A DNA stretch of 63,933 nucleotides, the filler included, from Octopus bimaculoides (Eukaryota): assembly GCF_001194135.2 (NCBI RefSeq). It is 6 parts of 6 records of this genome, joined end to end, with 100 filler letters (N's around TTAATTAATTAA, not from the genome) between each part and the next. Parts side by side here need not be neighbours in the genome. Positions count along the whole stretch, not along the records: positions 1 to 23,209 come from NC_068986.1; positions 23,310 to 36,301 come from NC_068982.1; 4 more parts are not named here. One strand, written 5' to 3'. The translations under genes were made by a program, and so were the position numbers. Below the pieces are notes generated by a model, which worked only from the letters and a program-made list of their open reading frames with translations, made no database searches and had not been told where the DNA came from. Shown piece after piece: positions 12,424-25,431 of the stretch; the first letter of the stretch is position 1, and each line of letters begins with the position of its first letter.

Positions 12424-12504
12424 TCAGTCGGTAGAGCATCAGACTTTTAAGAACTGTCGAATGATGAAATCTGAGGGTCGCGGGTTCAAGTCCTTCTGCG
12501 GGCG
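12424..12504 (+). pseudogene. 5'-truncated tRNA-Lys(UUU) pseudogene with intron (copy 7)
   Basis: Starts tcagtcggtagagc. 14 nt including most of the 5' acceptor strand are lost between two tcag repeats. Confidence 0.85.
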
Positions 12505-13339
12505 GCGGTTTTTCTTTTGGAAGTTTTCCCTCAAGCTATACCCAATTGAATAGTTTCAAATATGGTAATTTAAATTTCTGCAATTCAATTGATTGGATCT
12601 GGAAACAGCTGTAAGCAGGAATTTCTCTGCATGAATTCGAATTTCTTTGAATAAATAACTTCTGTACGTCAATTATTTTTTCTATTTTCGTCTTTTTTCT
12701 TATATATATACATATGTATATATATGTATATATATATATATATNNNNNNNNNNNNNNNNNNNNNNNNNNNNNNNNNNNNNNNNNNNNNNNNNNNNNNNNN
12801 NNNNNNNNNNNNNNNNNNNNNNNNNNNNNNNNNNNNNNNNNNNNNNNNNNNNNNNNNNNNNNNNNNNNNNNNNNNNNNNNNNNNNNNNNNNNNNNNNNNN
12901 NNNNNNNNNNNNNNNNNNNNNNNNNNNNNNNNNNNNNNNNNNNNNNNNNNNNNNNNNNNNNNNNNNNNNNNNNNNNNNNNNNNNNNNNNNNNNNNNNNNN
13001 NNNNNNNNNNNNNNNNNNNNNNNNNNNNNNNNNTATATATACACGCATTAACACACGCAACAGACATAGACAAAGATAACTTTCGCACACATATATTCAC
13101 CATACACATGCACACTGTTTAATCACACACACACGTTACATACGCACACATACACGTCAGAATCACTCACTCCTATTCACACACACCATTCTCACATACA
13201 CATACGCACGCGCACCTTCTCTTGTTGGGATCACTCGCACTTTATTATCATTCAACCTCTTTCTTTATTATTATTTCGCTTCCTTTCAACCTATTTTTTT
13301 TTTCCCAAAGTGGTGATGGTGGTGGTTTTGGAGGAGGAT

Positions 13340-13410
13340 GGTCTGGGAATCGAAACCGCGATCATATGACCGCGAGTCCGCTGCCCTAACCACTGGGCCA
13401 TTGCACCCAC
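13340..13410 (-). mobile_element. tRNA-like SINE head, local family D
   Basis: Reverse strand reads gcaatggcccagtggttagggcagcggactcgcggtc...cgcggtttcgattcccagacc; homologous to 26983-27112. Confidence 0.75.
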
Positions 13411-14879
13411 ACACATCGCAAAACTGAATAGAAAAATGCTTTTCTCATAATTTTCCCACGTTAACAATTAGATGTTTATAAACCATTAGGTGTTTTGAAG
13501 ATAATTTCAGAGATACAAAATTCGATTCTCTGCAGTGGCTTTAGGATGACTTTTTGTGAAGATGCATGGTTCATAAGGTTCTTTTTGCGCCTTATAAAAT
13601 GGTCGCTTTTGGCAGTAATTGCAGGATGTTGAGGCAGCTGCACGATGTGTTTCCATTCTTACCACAGCCAGACGAGACTCAAGAAGACGGTTAAGACAGA
13701 TAGCAGATAGACGACAGGAATTTCTGTCGCCACGAATGTAGCACACTTGTTACCAGTTATGTTGGGCTAGCCACATGTTGCAGCAAACTGCAAGCAGTAT
13801 ATCTCTGCCAGTATGTAAATAATGGTGTTGTCATTTGTTAAATATCAATGCCACTGGATTAAATACTTGTGTTCCCGGGTGTCGTTCAGATACTTTTTCA
13901 CGCAGCCCAGCCCAGATACACATTTTCATTCAACTCAACCAGTCATCACTTCAGACCAGCCAACAAACACGCGACATTATCATCATTATATATATATATA
14001 TATATNNNNNNNNNNNNNNNNNNNNNNNNNNNNNNNNNNNNNNNNNNNNNNNNNNNNNNNNNNNNNNNNNNNNNNNNNNNNNNNNNNNNNNNNNNNNNNN
14101 NNNNNNNNNNNNNNNNNNNNNNNNNNNNNNNNNNNNNNNNNNNNNNNNNNNNNNNNNNNNNNNNNNNNNNNNNNNNNNNNNNNNNNNNNNNNNNNNNNNN
14201 NNNNNNNNNNNNNNNNNNNNNNNNNNNNNNNNNNNNNNNNNNNNNNNNNNNNNNNNNNNNNNNNNNNNNNNNNNNNNNNNNNNNNNNNNNNNNNNNNNNN
14301 NNNNNNNNNNNNNNNNNNNNNNNNNNNNNNNNNNNNNNNNNNNNNNNNNNNNNNNNNNNNNNNNNNNNNNNNNNNNNNNNNNNNNNNNNNNNNNNNNNNN
14401 NNNNNNNNNNNNNNNNNNNNNNNNNNNNNNNNNNNNNNNNNNNNNNNNNNNNNNNNNNNNNNNNNNNNNNNNNNNNNNNNNNNNNNNNNNNNNNNNNNNN
14501 NNNNNNNNNNNNNNNNNNNNNNNNNNNNNNNNNNNNNNNNNNNNNNNNNNNNNNNNNNNNNNNNNNNNNNNNNNNNNNNNNNNNNNNNNNNNNNNNNNNN
14601 NNNNNNNNNNNNNNNNNNNNNNNNNNNNNNNNNNNNNNNNNNNNNNNNNNNNNNNNNNNNNNNNNNNNNNNNNNNNNNNNNNNNNNNNNNNNNNNNNNNN
14701 NNNNNNNNNNNNNNNNNNNNNNNNNNNNNNNNNNNNNNNNNNNNNNNNNNNNNNNNNNNNNNNNNNNNNNNNNNNNNNNNNNNNNNNNNNNNNNNNNNNN
14801 NNNNNNNNACATACATACATACATACATACATACATACATACATACATACATACATACACTCCTGGAGTAAAGAGAAGG

Positions 14880-15900
14880 AATTTAACAAGATGCACTGTG
14901 GCTGGAAGAAATCCGAAAAAGTTATTGCTCCTGCATTACATCCAAATCATGCAACATTGATGGTGAAACACTTGCAACTGTGATCCAGAAACTCCAGGAT
15001 GGAAAAGCACCTGGAAGAGACTTGATTGTTGGATATTGGTACAAGAAGCTAACCTTCTACCCACCATATCTTATCAATCTGTACCAGCAAGCTCTCAATG
15101 GGAACAGTAGCATACCACACTGATTAGCTCTGGCAGAGACAAAATTGATACCCAAATGCAGAACCACCCACATGGCTAAAAACTACTGGCCAATTGCATG
15201 CCAGCACTTAATGTATAAGATATATACAGCATGCTTAAACCACTTCCTCCAGAATCATTGTGAAACCAATAACATCATCACGGCAGAACAAACAGATGGG
15301 AAGAAGGTAATCTGGGGACGTGCCGAGCAATTTTTAATCAAGAAAGCTTTGATGTCAGAGGTGCGAGAGCATAAGAGGAACCTAGTTTCAATGTGGATAG
15401 GCTACAAGAAAGCCTTTGACTCTGTTCCCCACTCATGGATGCTAGAAGCCCTTCAACTTGCTAAAGTTCCAGTGAGAGTAGTCAAAGCCATAGCTGACAT
15501 GACTTCATCATGGGTCACCATCTTGAAATTAAACACAAAGAGTGGATGTATTATCACTGATAGAATACAGTACCACAAAGGCATATTCCAAGTGGACAAC
15601 CTCTCTGTGATGTTGTTTATACTTTCTATAAACTCCTCGTAATTCATATTAAAGAAGTCTGAAGGATATCTCACTGGTTCACAAGGAAACTGAAATACCA
15701 AAATTACACAGTTTCTTTGTAGATGACTTAAAACTTTATGTAAAGAATATGCATGAGATGAAAAAGAACTTCGACCTAGTTACAACATTCTCAAAGGGTG
15801 TAAAGTTGGAATTTGGTCAGGATAAATGTTATATGGTTGTGAAAAGGAGGAAAACTATAAATCAGACTAGTAACATCTCCATCAATGATTTGACTGTTTC
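14880..15900 (+). mobile_element. R4/Dong-clade non-LTR retrotransposon reverse transcriptase relic
   Basis: Motifs GKAPGRDLIVGYWYKK, NYWPIAC, GYKKAFDSVPHSW, GIFQVDNLSVMLF and QFLFVDDLKLY, with stops and frameshifts. Confidence 0.85.
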
Positions 15901-15959
15901 CCCTGTATCAGCCACCCAGGCTCATCCTTTTATCTGATGATACATTGCAGTAGAGTTGT

Positions 15960-17280
15960 GTGACTTCTTTGGGCGTGTATTCTAGGTTGTCAGACAAAAA
16001 GAGTTGCTCAAGGAGCTGTCTTCCAAGTCTTATGATGTTATCATAAGTGAATGTCTCATCAAAACTTGGGGGAAGATTAAGTAAATATTAACGACACTAA
16101 TTAATATAGAATTCTATAGTTTATTAACCAAGACAAGCTAGAGATGTTGTCCATGAAAGCATAGAATTTAAGTGCCTAAGTTGATTTCAGACAATAAGTT
16201 TTTGTATTTAAGAGACTAAATTTTATTGACAAAATTGTACCTCATATAAATGTCAAAACTACAGGTGAAAGTCATCATCTTACTAAAAAAAAATTAGAAA
16301 AGAGAGAGAAAGATGAAGAAAAACCTGTCAAATTGCCAAAGAGAGAAAAATACAATTCTCATGCTAAGTTTTGTGTTCTAAATATAACACTCCAAAACAA
16401 AAATAAAAATTGGTTTTGAACCAATAAGAAAACTCAAGCCCCACCTTCTGCTGAGAGTTTAACTTCATTATTGTCTGTATTAAAATATTTGTTCATTTGA
16501 AACGTAACTACAATATCTTAAAATGAAAATAATGATTTGAAATAAGAAAAATCCACGTGTATTAAATCCTTAGTTTTACATTTCCAAGTTAGTAAAGGAA
16601 AAGAAATAATTTGGAAGTTGTATTTAAGAAATCTTTTAATTTCACTGGAGCAAGAAAGTCATTTTAGTTTGCTCAATATTTCAGTAAAATAATCTCAATA
16701 AACATCCTACAGTTTTTACAAGAGGAATGTAGTTAAGAAATCATGCATATTTAATACTAGAAAAAAGCAGAGAAGAATTTCATTATGTAATCATATTCAG
16801 AACAAACAGTTGGATGGTGACACTATATTGGAACATGAGTTGTTTGATACTTCATATATCCATCTGTAAGGTATTATTCAAAATATAAACACTGAACAAA
16901 GCATAGCTAATGATTCCTTATTTCACTAGATAAGTAAGGAAAAACTGCTGGAAGATTTAGTATTATAGTCTCCTACATATAGCAGTGATCAGACAGAATC
17001 GTTATCACATTGGACAAACTGCTTAGAGGCATTTCTCTTTGACTCTTAATATTCTAAGTTCAAATTCTGCCAAAGTTGACTTTACCTGTTTTCGAAAGCA
17101 GCCTCATTGTTCGGAAAAATATCAAGTTATTTTTAGGTCAACATTGTATGTTGGCCAACAGTTTTTTGTCCCTTTCGAAAAAAAATGGATGATAGTTTCT
17201 ATTCAACATTTGTAAATTTAGGAAAAATTTTAAAAGATTCCCGGTTATTGTAGAATCAAGAAAGCAGTAAACTACAATTT
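15960..17280 (+). pseudogene. Unidentified decayed intronless coding relic
   Basis: Long protein-like stretches broken by isolated stops and frameshifts (e.g. RLNFIDKIVPHINVKTTGESHH...; LCNHIQNKQLDGDTILEHELFDTSYIHL*GIIQ...). Family not recognised. Confidence 0.3.
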
Positions 17281-17360
17281 AATATAGTGATTGAAGAGTT
17301 ATTCCCCTTCTATCATTAACTTAATCTTTGATTCATTACAAGCTATTTTTCTTCACTCTA

Positions 17361-17580
17361 ATATTAATTTTAAATTTTGGCATAAGGCCAGCAATTTCGG
17401 AATAGGAGATAAGTTTGATTACACTGACTCCAGTGCCCAACTTAATACTTATGTCATCGATTCCCGAAAGAATGAAAAGCAAAGTCAACCTCGGTGGAAT
17501 TTGAATTCGGAACGTAAAGACGGGCGACAAGCCACTAACCATTTTTCTCGGCATGCAAAACGATTCTGCCAGCCCGTCGC
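17361..17580 (-). mobile_element. SINE family C
   Basis: Homologous to 1478-1697. Confidence 0.7.
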
Positions 17581-17927
17581 TTTATTTTTCACTCTAATAC
17601 TGCACGAGTTGTTCAATTCTGAGGCTAAGTTTGCGATATTACCTACCGTTAGAAATCCTTCTACCAGTTATTCGGTACCCTATCGACATGTTTATTTTAG
17701 CAATGACTTATTAGTGGAATAGGGATGAATAATGTTTAAACTCCATTCAGCTCTTATTCAATAGACCGATCATTAAATATCTTGCATTCATGTCCGTGCA
17801 GTTGATATTCTGAACATTTAGAATGACGTTAATATGTATTTCTTTTTAAAGCATTTTCGAATATGACTTGAGAGAGAGGAATCAAGTGACTCTTCAGTGG
17901 CGGAAACAGATCTAATATGAAAGGTGT

Positions 17928-18120
17928 AAGCGGCAAGCTGACAGGGTCGTTATCATGCAGGGCAGTGTTTAGTAGCAATTCGTCCGTCCTCACGTTCTGA
18001 GTTTAAATTCCGCCGAGCTCGGCTTTGACTTTTATCCTTTCGGGGTCCATAAAATAAGTACCAGTTGAGACTTATCCCCTGCCCCGAAATTGCCGACCTT
18101 GTGCTAAAATTTGAAACCGA
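17928..18120 (+). mobile_element. SINE family C
   Basis: ...tctgagtttaaattccgccgag...ctttgacttttatcctttcggggtc...aaaataagtaccagtt. Confidence 0.75.
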
Positions 18121-18420
18121 TATAGAAAGCATAAGTACAGAAATTTGGTGAGAGAGCTTTAGTTGGTTAAATTTACAGTACGTGACTGGTACGTTTTTGT
18201 TGACCTTTGAAGAATAATTGAAATATGTTTACTACGATAGGATTTGAACTCATTATATGAAGAATTAGGTGTTTTATACGACGTGCTAACTCTTCTGTTT
18301 GTCCGTCGCCCAAACGTAGAGGAATAAAATTGTTTCATTTTTGTTTTTATTTTTTTATATTTTTTCACAAGACCAGTAATTTGAAAGGAGGGACATAGGA
18401 CTGCTTTCAATAATCTATCC

Positions 18421-18625
18421 GTCGTATGTGTGTGTGTGTGTCCACACCATCGCTTGACAACCGATGCTGGTGTGTTTACGTCCCCGTAACTTTGCAGTTT
18501 GGCAAAAGAGGCCGACAGAATAAGTACTAGGCTTACAAAGAATAAGTCCTGGGGTCGATTTGTTCCACTAAAGGCAGTGCTCCAGCATAGTCGCAGTCAA
18601 ATAAAAGAATAAAGGAATAAAAGAA
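18421..18625 (+). mobile_element. SINE family A 3' half
   Basis: cgcttgacaaccgatgctggtgtgtttacgtccccgtaac...ctaaaggcagtgctccagcat. Confidence 0.8.
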
Positions 18626-19159
18626 ATATCGATTATATCAGTTTGTACTTATTTTACCGATCCTCAAAAGGATGACAGGCAAAGACAACATCAGCAGCAT
18701 TTGAACACAGAACCTAAAACCGGAAGAAAAGCGTGGAGTGATATATAATGTGTGTTTCCCCCACCCACTCTGTTACTATATTTTAATACTGTTTCTGAGG
18801 ATATTGAAAATAGTTTTGATATGAAAGTCTTTATCAATGATTTTCAGAACACTAACAAGACGTATAAAATGGTGAGGTAACATTTTGTGTGTTGTGAGGG
18901 TTTTGTGGTAGCTACTTGTTGTTTTGGTGGGGGTTATTCTTCAACAAGACGCAAATGTCACATATGGGACACCAAGATACTAAAATACTATAATTTGTTG
19001 GTGAATTACATCTTTAACTTTTGGCATTCAAGAGATGAGCTACTGACAGTCATTGATATCTAAAGTATCGGGTGATTCTTGTGAGTGTACTTGGCTGTTC
19101 CAGTATCTCTCTCTCTCCATCATCCGCTGTAATGCCACGAAGATTTGTGATGTGATACC

Positions 19160-19675
19160 TCAAAATGCTTGAAAGATTAACTACAGGAAGGGTCTACAAG
19201 AGTTGTGTGAGAGCTGAAATGCTGTATGGGAGTGAGACATGGTGTCTGAGGGAGAGAGAGATGGTAATTTTGAGAAGGACTGAGAGAGAAATGTGTGGGG
19301 TGAAGCTGTTTAATAAGAGGACTGAGGATTTGATGGGAATGCTGGGGTTGGAGGAATCGGTGGAATGGTTGGCAAGGGCGAATGGAGTGAGGTGGTATGG
19401 GCATGTGTTGAAGAGGGATGAAGAGCATGTTCTGAGGAGGGTGACTGGGTTTGAGGTAAATGGAGCATGAAAGCAAGGTAGACCAAGGAAAAGGTGGAGG
19501 GGACAGGTGGAGGAGGAGACTGGGAGGGTTGGTTTGAAAAAGGAGGATGCCCAAAACCAGGCAAAATGGCAAAATGGTGTGAAAGCAGTTGCTATGGCAT
19601 TGAGGTAGATCCAACCACCCCTGTTAACGGGGACAAAACTGGATTTAAAACGCTGGATGATGATGGTGGTAATTG
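19160..19675 (+). mobile_element. RTE-clade LINE 3' fragment
   Basis: GRVYKSCVRAEMLYGSETW...VRWYGHVLKR...GRPRKRW, ending in a gatgatgatggtggt tail. Confidence 0.85.
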
Positions 19676-19980
19676 AAAGAGTCAAGTATGCATGCTTTTT
19701 TTTTATCATTTTGTAATTTATTGTCCATTAAAATGAATTCTCAAGCAGTTTATAATTAATTAATTATGAATTCTCTAGCAGTATATAATTAATTGTTAAA
19801 AATGAAGCATTACATTTGCTCTGATATCTAGCACACTTAACATGTTATTTCCAGCCAGAGAATCTACTACTAATAATAATAATTTGTAACAAAGGCACAG
19901 AAAAGAAATTTGGAGAAAGGAAACAATCAATTATAGTGAATCAAGTTCTTGATTGACACATTGTTTTATTAAACATCAGA

Positions 19981-20230
19981 GAATGAATAAGTTGACCTCG
20001 GAGGAGATTTGAACTCAGAATGTAAAGAGCCATTACAAATACCACAGGGCATTTTGTCTGACACTCTAATGATTCTGCCAATTCAACACCCTTAGGCTTC
20101 TAATAATAATTTCTAACTCTGGCACAAGGCCAGAAATTATATCACTTCCAGTACTTGACTGGTACTTTATTTTATTAATGGGCCAAAATAATAAATACTG
20201 TGGTGAGAACCTAGCTGAAATTTGAACCAT
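19981..20230 (-). mobile_element. Two diverged SINE family C fragments
   Basis: ttgacctcggaggagatttgaactcagaatg...gattctgcc and ctctggcacaaggccagaaatt...gactggtactttatttt. Confidence 0.6.
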
Positions 20231-21029
20231 AGTTCTCAGATTTTTCACAGCATGATATATTTCCATAAAAGGAAAAGAGACATCATAAAATTTCCTAATG
20301 CCAATGGGAATATAGTCTGGCCAATCAACACTGCTGACTTATTTATGACTAAAGTGGTAACTTAAGAGGAAGCAAGCAAGTTTTCCCACCAAACAGATTC
20401 TAGAATGTTCTGGGCTGATAGTTACTTAAAGGCAAGCTATTTCAAATTAAAGCTACTTCAAGATTTGCACAAATCAGTTGTTTTTCCTGCCTGGTAGTCT
20501 CTCAACTCACTTATCTTTCTCTCCTATTTACAGACATTCATTAGCTGTGTCAATCAATAAATACTCATTATATGCAATGATTTATATGCCCTGTACCACT
20601 TACACAAAATTAATTTATTGAATGTGCATATGTATTGAACGTTTAATTTGTTGAATGTACAAATAAAGTGGTCATAAATATAATACCAGGCAACTCAAAT
20701 GAATCATAGAATAGTTATTGTCAACACATGCATATTTGATACGAGAACAGTAAGAAAAGCAGATAGGACTAACAACCACACACATGACTAAGTTGACTAG
20801 TCTCTGACCAGGTTACAGTTGTACAATGAGAAAATTAAAAAATGAATTTAATAGTTATGGAATTAATTGCTAAAGTGTCTCTTCATTTTATATTTTTTAA
20901 ATGGTAAACTGGATGTTCCATGATGCAAACTCCTTCATTTTCAACAAGCATCTGATATGAGGTCACTTATTAAGCAAAGGGAATTCATTAATATTACTTC
21001 ATTCATGCACATTAGCAGTAAACATTTGG

Positions 21030-21420
21030 GGAAGTATGCTTACTTCATTTCTTCCTGGTCATCACAAATGGCCCTCATCTGGCTATTGTACAACATACAC
21101 TTTGTACACGAGTATCAATCTGCTCTTTACTCTAAGAAAAAACTCTTTATTACCAGCAGAGGTAATATTCCCCCATAATTTTCCAACCAGTTTTCAATCT
21201 GGCTACTACGCTTTTAAAGCATAAAACTCCAATAGTAATTAGGTCAGCTACCAAACAAAAGATTTCAAGCACTTCTAAGTAGTGTTCTGGATATTTGATA
21301 TAATCTATTTGCCATGAGCACTTAGAGCTTAATATCTTTGTGTGCCTGTTGCATATGAGGTCTACCATCTCTGTTATTCTGCATGTGATTCTACATCTCA
21401 TACATTCATAGTCTACACTG
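21030..21420 (-). mobile_element. Gypsy-type LTR retrotransposon pol relic (heavily decayed)
   Basis: Fragments resembling the RNase H-to-integrase linker: QRW, KTGW, EFF.R..S, GH..PG-MK. Confidence 0.4.
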
Positions 21421-21545
21421 GATATACAACATGTAATTTGTACTCACTCCTTTTCTACTTATCAAGCATAATCATTTCCTTGTTGATGATAAAAGCCTAT
21501 TTTCTTTCTTTCCTATTTACAACATCTTATGCATATATCTATATG

Positions 21546-22000
21546 TCATCATCATCATCATTGTTTAATGTGCACCTTTCATGCTGGGATGGGATGGGAT
21601 GGACGATTTGACAGGAGCTGTCCACGAAGAAGGCTACACCAGGCTTCTTCATTTGTTTTGGCATGGCTGTTACAGCTCAATGACCTTCCTAACACCAACC
21701 ACTCCATAGTGTGGACTGAGTGCTTTTTACGTGGCACCAGCACAGGTGAGGTCAATTTTGTCATAGTTTTTGCAGCCAGATGCCATTCCAAATGCCAACC
21801 ACTTCACAGTGTGGACTGGATGCTTTTTACGTGGCATCAGCACCAGCAGGGTCACCAAGTAACTTGCTAGACAAGGAATTTTTGAGAGGGGAGCAGGCAA
21901 TAGAGGAGGTGGTCTTGTGTCAGATGATGAAAGATTAAAGCGTGAGAGAGAGACAGAGTGGCAGAAACAGGTGTCTAGCTATAGAGGAGGTAAATGGTTA
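21546..22000 (-). mobile_element. (GAT)n-tailed retroposon, local family F
   Basis: catcatcatcattgtttaatgtgcacctttcatgctgggatggg..., homologous to 28060-28263. Confidence 0.7.
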
Positions 22001-22639
22001 CTCAGCTAGAGAGAGAGAGAAAAGAGAGAGAGTGAAAGAGAGGTAACAAGATAGAGGACAGAAACAGATGTGCTGCTTTAAAGGGGATTCTTGGTTGCCT
22101 AGCCAGTGGGAAGAGCAAGGGAAAGAGAGAGTGTGTGTGTGTGTGTGTGTGATCAAGAATGAGAGCAAAAACACACACACACACACATACCTTGAATAAA
22201 GTAGATTGATAGCAACATTTTCCTTTTATGGCAAAATATGCACCTAATTCAATAAAATTATGAAGGTTACTCTGGTTACTATACATAAAATGCAAAATAT
22301 TTAAATTTTTTTGTAGATTAGGTAGGCATAATTTGCTCCTGCCTTTCAATCTCAGTATTTAAGCTATGCACAGTACTGCTGTAGTACACGTGTTGTGTAC
22401 ACTCCTACAACACCATTTTCTTTACGTGCTATAAAGGCAGAAGTAAATCTGCCTTCAACTCAGTCATGCACCTGTGTTTCACATACTTTTTGTGTGTTTT
22501 ACTACATAAAGTCACCAACTGCCTACCCTGAGTAATTACTGACAACACGTGCCTGATACACACACACACACACACACATCTTGCATGTGCAATTAAAGTG
22601 GTATTTAATTAAAACAGTCATCTATGTATCATACCTAAT

Positions 22640-22987
22640 GTATATACACTGTTGATAGGCCAGTTACTGCATATATAATTACTATATTTTTTGTTTGGCA
22701 GGGGATAACTTTCTAAGAAGTAGTCGTACGTTTTTTCATCAGACCAATTCTTACATTCTTTTTCAAAGATTTCTTTGTATCTTCGAAAATATGCAGAGAA
22801 TGTAATTCCTTCTGGTTTATAACAGAATTCTTCAATTGAGTTTGCTAACATTATCTGGCAAGTATGAACCTGAAATATTTTCAGACTTCTTCAACATTAA
22901 TTCCAGCAACTGTTGGTTTTGTTGTTGTAGTTGCTGTTGTAACTGTTGCTATTGCACCTGTACCACTGAAGCCAATAAGTCTTCCAT
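22640..22987 (-). mobile_element. Gypsy (K02A2.6/Cer-like) gag N-terminal relic
   Basis: MEDLLASVVQVQ*QQLQQQ...LANSIEEFCYKPEGITFSAYFRRYKEIFEKECKNWSDEK. PBS-like gtggcaacaag lies upstream (~23057-23067). Confidence 0.65.
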
Positions 22988-23309
22988 GTTAAAATGATTT
23001 TTTCTTTGGTTTTGTATTAAAAAAAAAATTTAAACATCCAATGCAAGCTTCAAACAACTTGTTGCCACTTTTATATCCTGGTGTTGGTTATATAATTTGA
23101 TGAAGCAGGGGGGAAAGAGAGTATTTACATGATGGAATACAATTACTATTATATGAGGCTAAACATTCTCAACCAATGGCTCACAATGAACTGCTTACCC
23201 CTGAACTACNNNNNNNNNNNNNNNNNNNNNNNNNNNNNNNNNNNNNNNNNNNNTTAATTAATTAANNNNNNNNNNNNNNNNNNNNNNNNNNNNNNNNNNN
23301 NNNNNNNNN

Positions 23310-23349
<40 letters not shown>

Positions 23350-23372
23350 TTATCTCTCTCTCTCTCTCTCTC

Positions 23373-23457
<85 letters not shown>

Positions 23458-23836
23458 AATCTCATAATGTTAAATTGACACAACCCATCAGAAACATATA
23501 TAATCATGTATAAATTTATTATCGGTAACCAATTAGGTACTTGACAAATCAAATCAGAAGTCTTTAAAAACTTTTCAGTAAAAATATCCTTTGCATCTAT
23601 AAAATTTAATTTGTTGCTACATAAATCTGTGTAAGTTATTTTGATAGACATTCAGAAATTGTGTTCTCAGAACATTAAATGAAAATTTATCAGAATTATA
23701 TTTGCAAGTTTTATCAGAGAAATACTTCATTTTTATGTGTTTATTTGAGTAGAAAATATCAGTTATCTTATGCAATTTTGTTCTGGTTATATTGGTATGA
23801 TAAACATACATACATACATATACACATATACATAGG

Positions 23837-23890
<54 letters not shown>

Positions 23891-23924
23891 NNNNNNNNNN
23901 NNNNNNNNNNNNNNNNNNNNNNNN

Positions 23925-23962
<38 letters not shown>

Positions 23963-24000
23963 CATGTATATACAAGTATATATATATATATATACTTATC

Positions 24001-24032
<32 letters not shown>

Positions 24033-24390
24033 CATATACATGTATGTGTATCAATAATAAAGCATGAAATTAATATCAGTAATAGGGTAGCAGGTGAATC
24101 ATTTAAGTTACTAAGAATCACAATAACTCCATAATTCCACTCATAAAGGAAAGGATAAACTCCGGTTATTTCTCCTTATTTCTCAATTAAAGTCAGCGCT
24201 AATGAATGGTTATTCAACTAAGACCATCACATCTTATTTTTAGACCAGGGCAAATGCTTAGCTGAGGATTGCTCTGCATTTAAATTGATGTAATGGTTGC
24301 ATTGTTCAATTAAACGATCATACTACATTACCTCTGGATATCCTGTTGCTTATTTTGATTATACATATATATGTATTATTATTTTTATGC

Positions 24391-24635
24391 ACCCTTTTAA
24401 AGCCTAGCTAGGCTCATGGGCCCAGTTTCCCAGTTTCAATGGTGTATGTGTTCCTCAGCTGGACAGGGCACCATTCCATCACAGCGTTACTCATTTTTGC
24501 CAGCTGAGTGGACTGGAGCAACGTGAAATGAAGTGTTTTGCTCAAGAACACAACGCGTTGCCCGGTCCAGGTATCGAAACCACAATCTTATGATCATGAT
24601 GCTGACACCCTAACCACTAAGCCATGAACCTCCAC
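24391..24635 (-). mobile_element. SINE with CORE/V-like central segment, local family E
   Basis: gagtggactggagcaacgtgaaatgaagtgttttgctcaagaacacaacgc...ccctaaccactaagcc. Confidence 0.75.
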
Positions 24636-24752
24636 ATATATATGTATATATTATTTAATAAACAAAATATGTTTTTCTCACCAGATGGAGTACTTTTTGG
24701 TTGATCATACCATCACAGAACAGTACACTATATGTGTGTATGTGTGCACTGG

Positions 24753-24849
24753 TCATAGCAGAAGACACTTGCCCAAGGTGTCATACAGAGTAACTAAACC
24801 TTAGAACCATGTGGTTGAGAAGCAAGTTTCTTACCACACAGCCATGCCT
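24753..24849 (-). mobile_element. SINE family A head
   Basis: gaagacacttgcccaaggtg...tcttaccacacagccatgcct. Confidence 0.75.
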
Positions 24850-24962
24850 TCACCTACTAATTCGATACAGACAAGCAATTCATTCATTACTACATTTTCA
24901 GCCAATGTTGAAGCATGAGCTTTCACTACTTTATGTGGTTGCTAAATTAACAAGGTCCTTCA

Positions 24963-25431
24963 TTAACCCTTTCATTACCAACCCAGCCAAAACCACCTCT
25001 GGCTCTGAGTACAGATGTCTTGTTTTCATATGTTTTGAATTAAAATCTTCCACCAAACCTTAGTCACAATTTATGTTCCTAACACTAGCTTAATGATAAC
25101 TAAGTTATTTTACTAAATTCTTTGTTATATTTAAAATTAATTGAAAGAAACACAGAACATCTCAACAGAAATATGGAAAGAAAAGGGTTAACAAATAATT
25201 AATTTAAACCATTTGATACCAACCCGGTTGAAGCTGCCTCTGGCTCGCTCTGTAGTACAAATGTCTTGTTTCCAAAAGTTCTGAATTAAAATCTTCCACC
25301 AAACCTTAGTCACAATTTATGTTCCTAACACTAGCTTAATGATAATTATTTTACTAAATTCTTTGCCATATTTAAAGTAATTGAAAGAAACACAGAGCAT
25401 CTCAAAATAAATATGGTAACAAAAGGGTTAA
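24963..25431. mobile_element. Two tandem piggyBac-like MITEs (24963-25191 and 25204-25431)
   Basis: Each ~228-bp unit starts TTAACCCTTT (TTAAACCATTT in unit 2) and ends AAAGGGTTAA. The internal sequences are near-identical. Confidence 0.75.

Noticed and set aside
17086-17107. Minus-strand ATG…CAG|GTAAAG mini-exon (MRLLSKT)
   Set aside because: It is too short, has no supporting exons downstream, and overlaps the plus-strand decayed ORF.
19640-19675. RTE LINE tail as partner of the family F (GAT)n-tailed retroposon
   Set aside because: Similarity beyond the GAT repeat is too weak to assert by eye.
23254-23265. TTAATTAATTAA between N runs (also at 36346, 46185, 53732 and 62857)
   Set aside because: An identical all-frame-stop linker always embedded in gaps is an assembly spacer, not biology.
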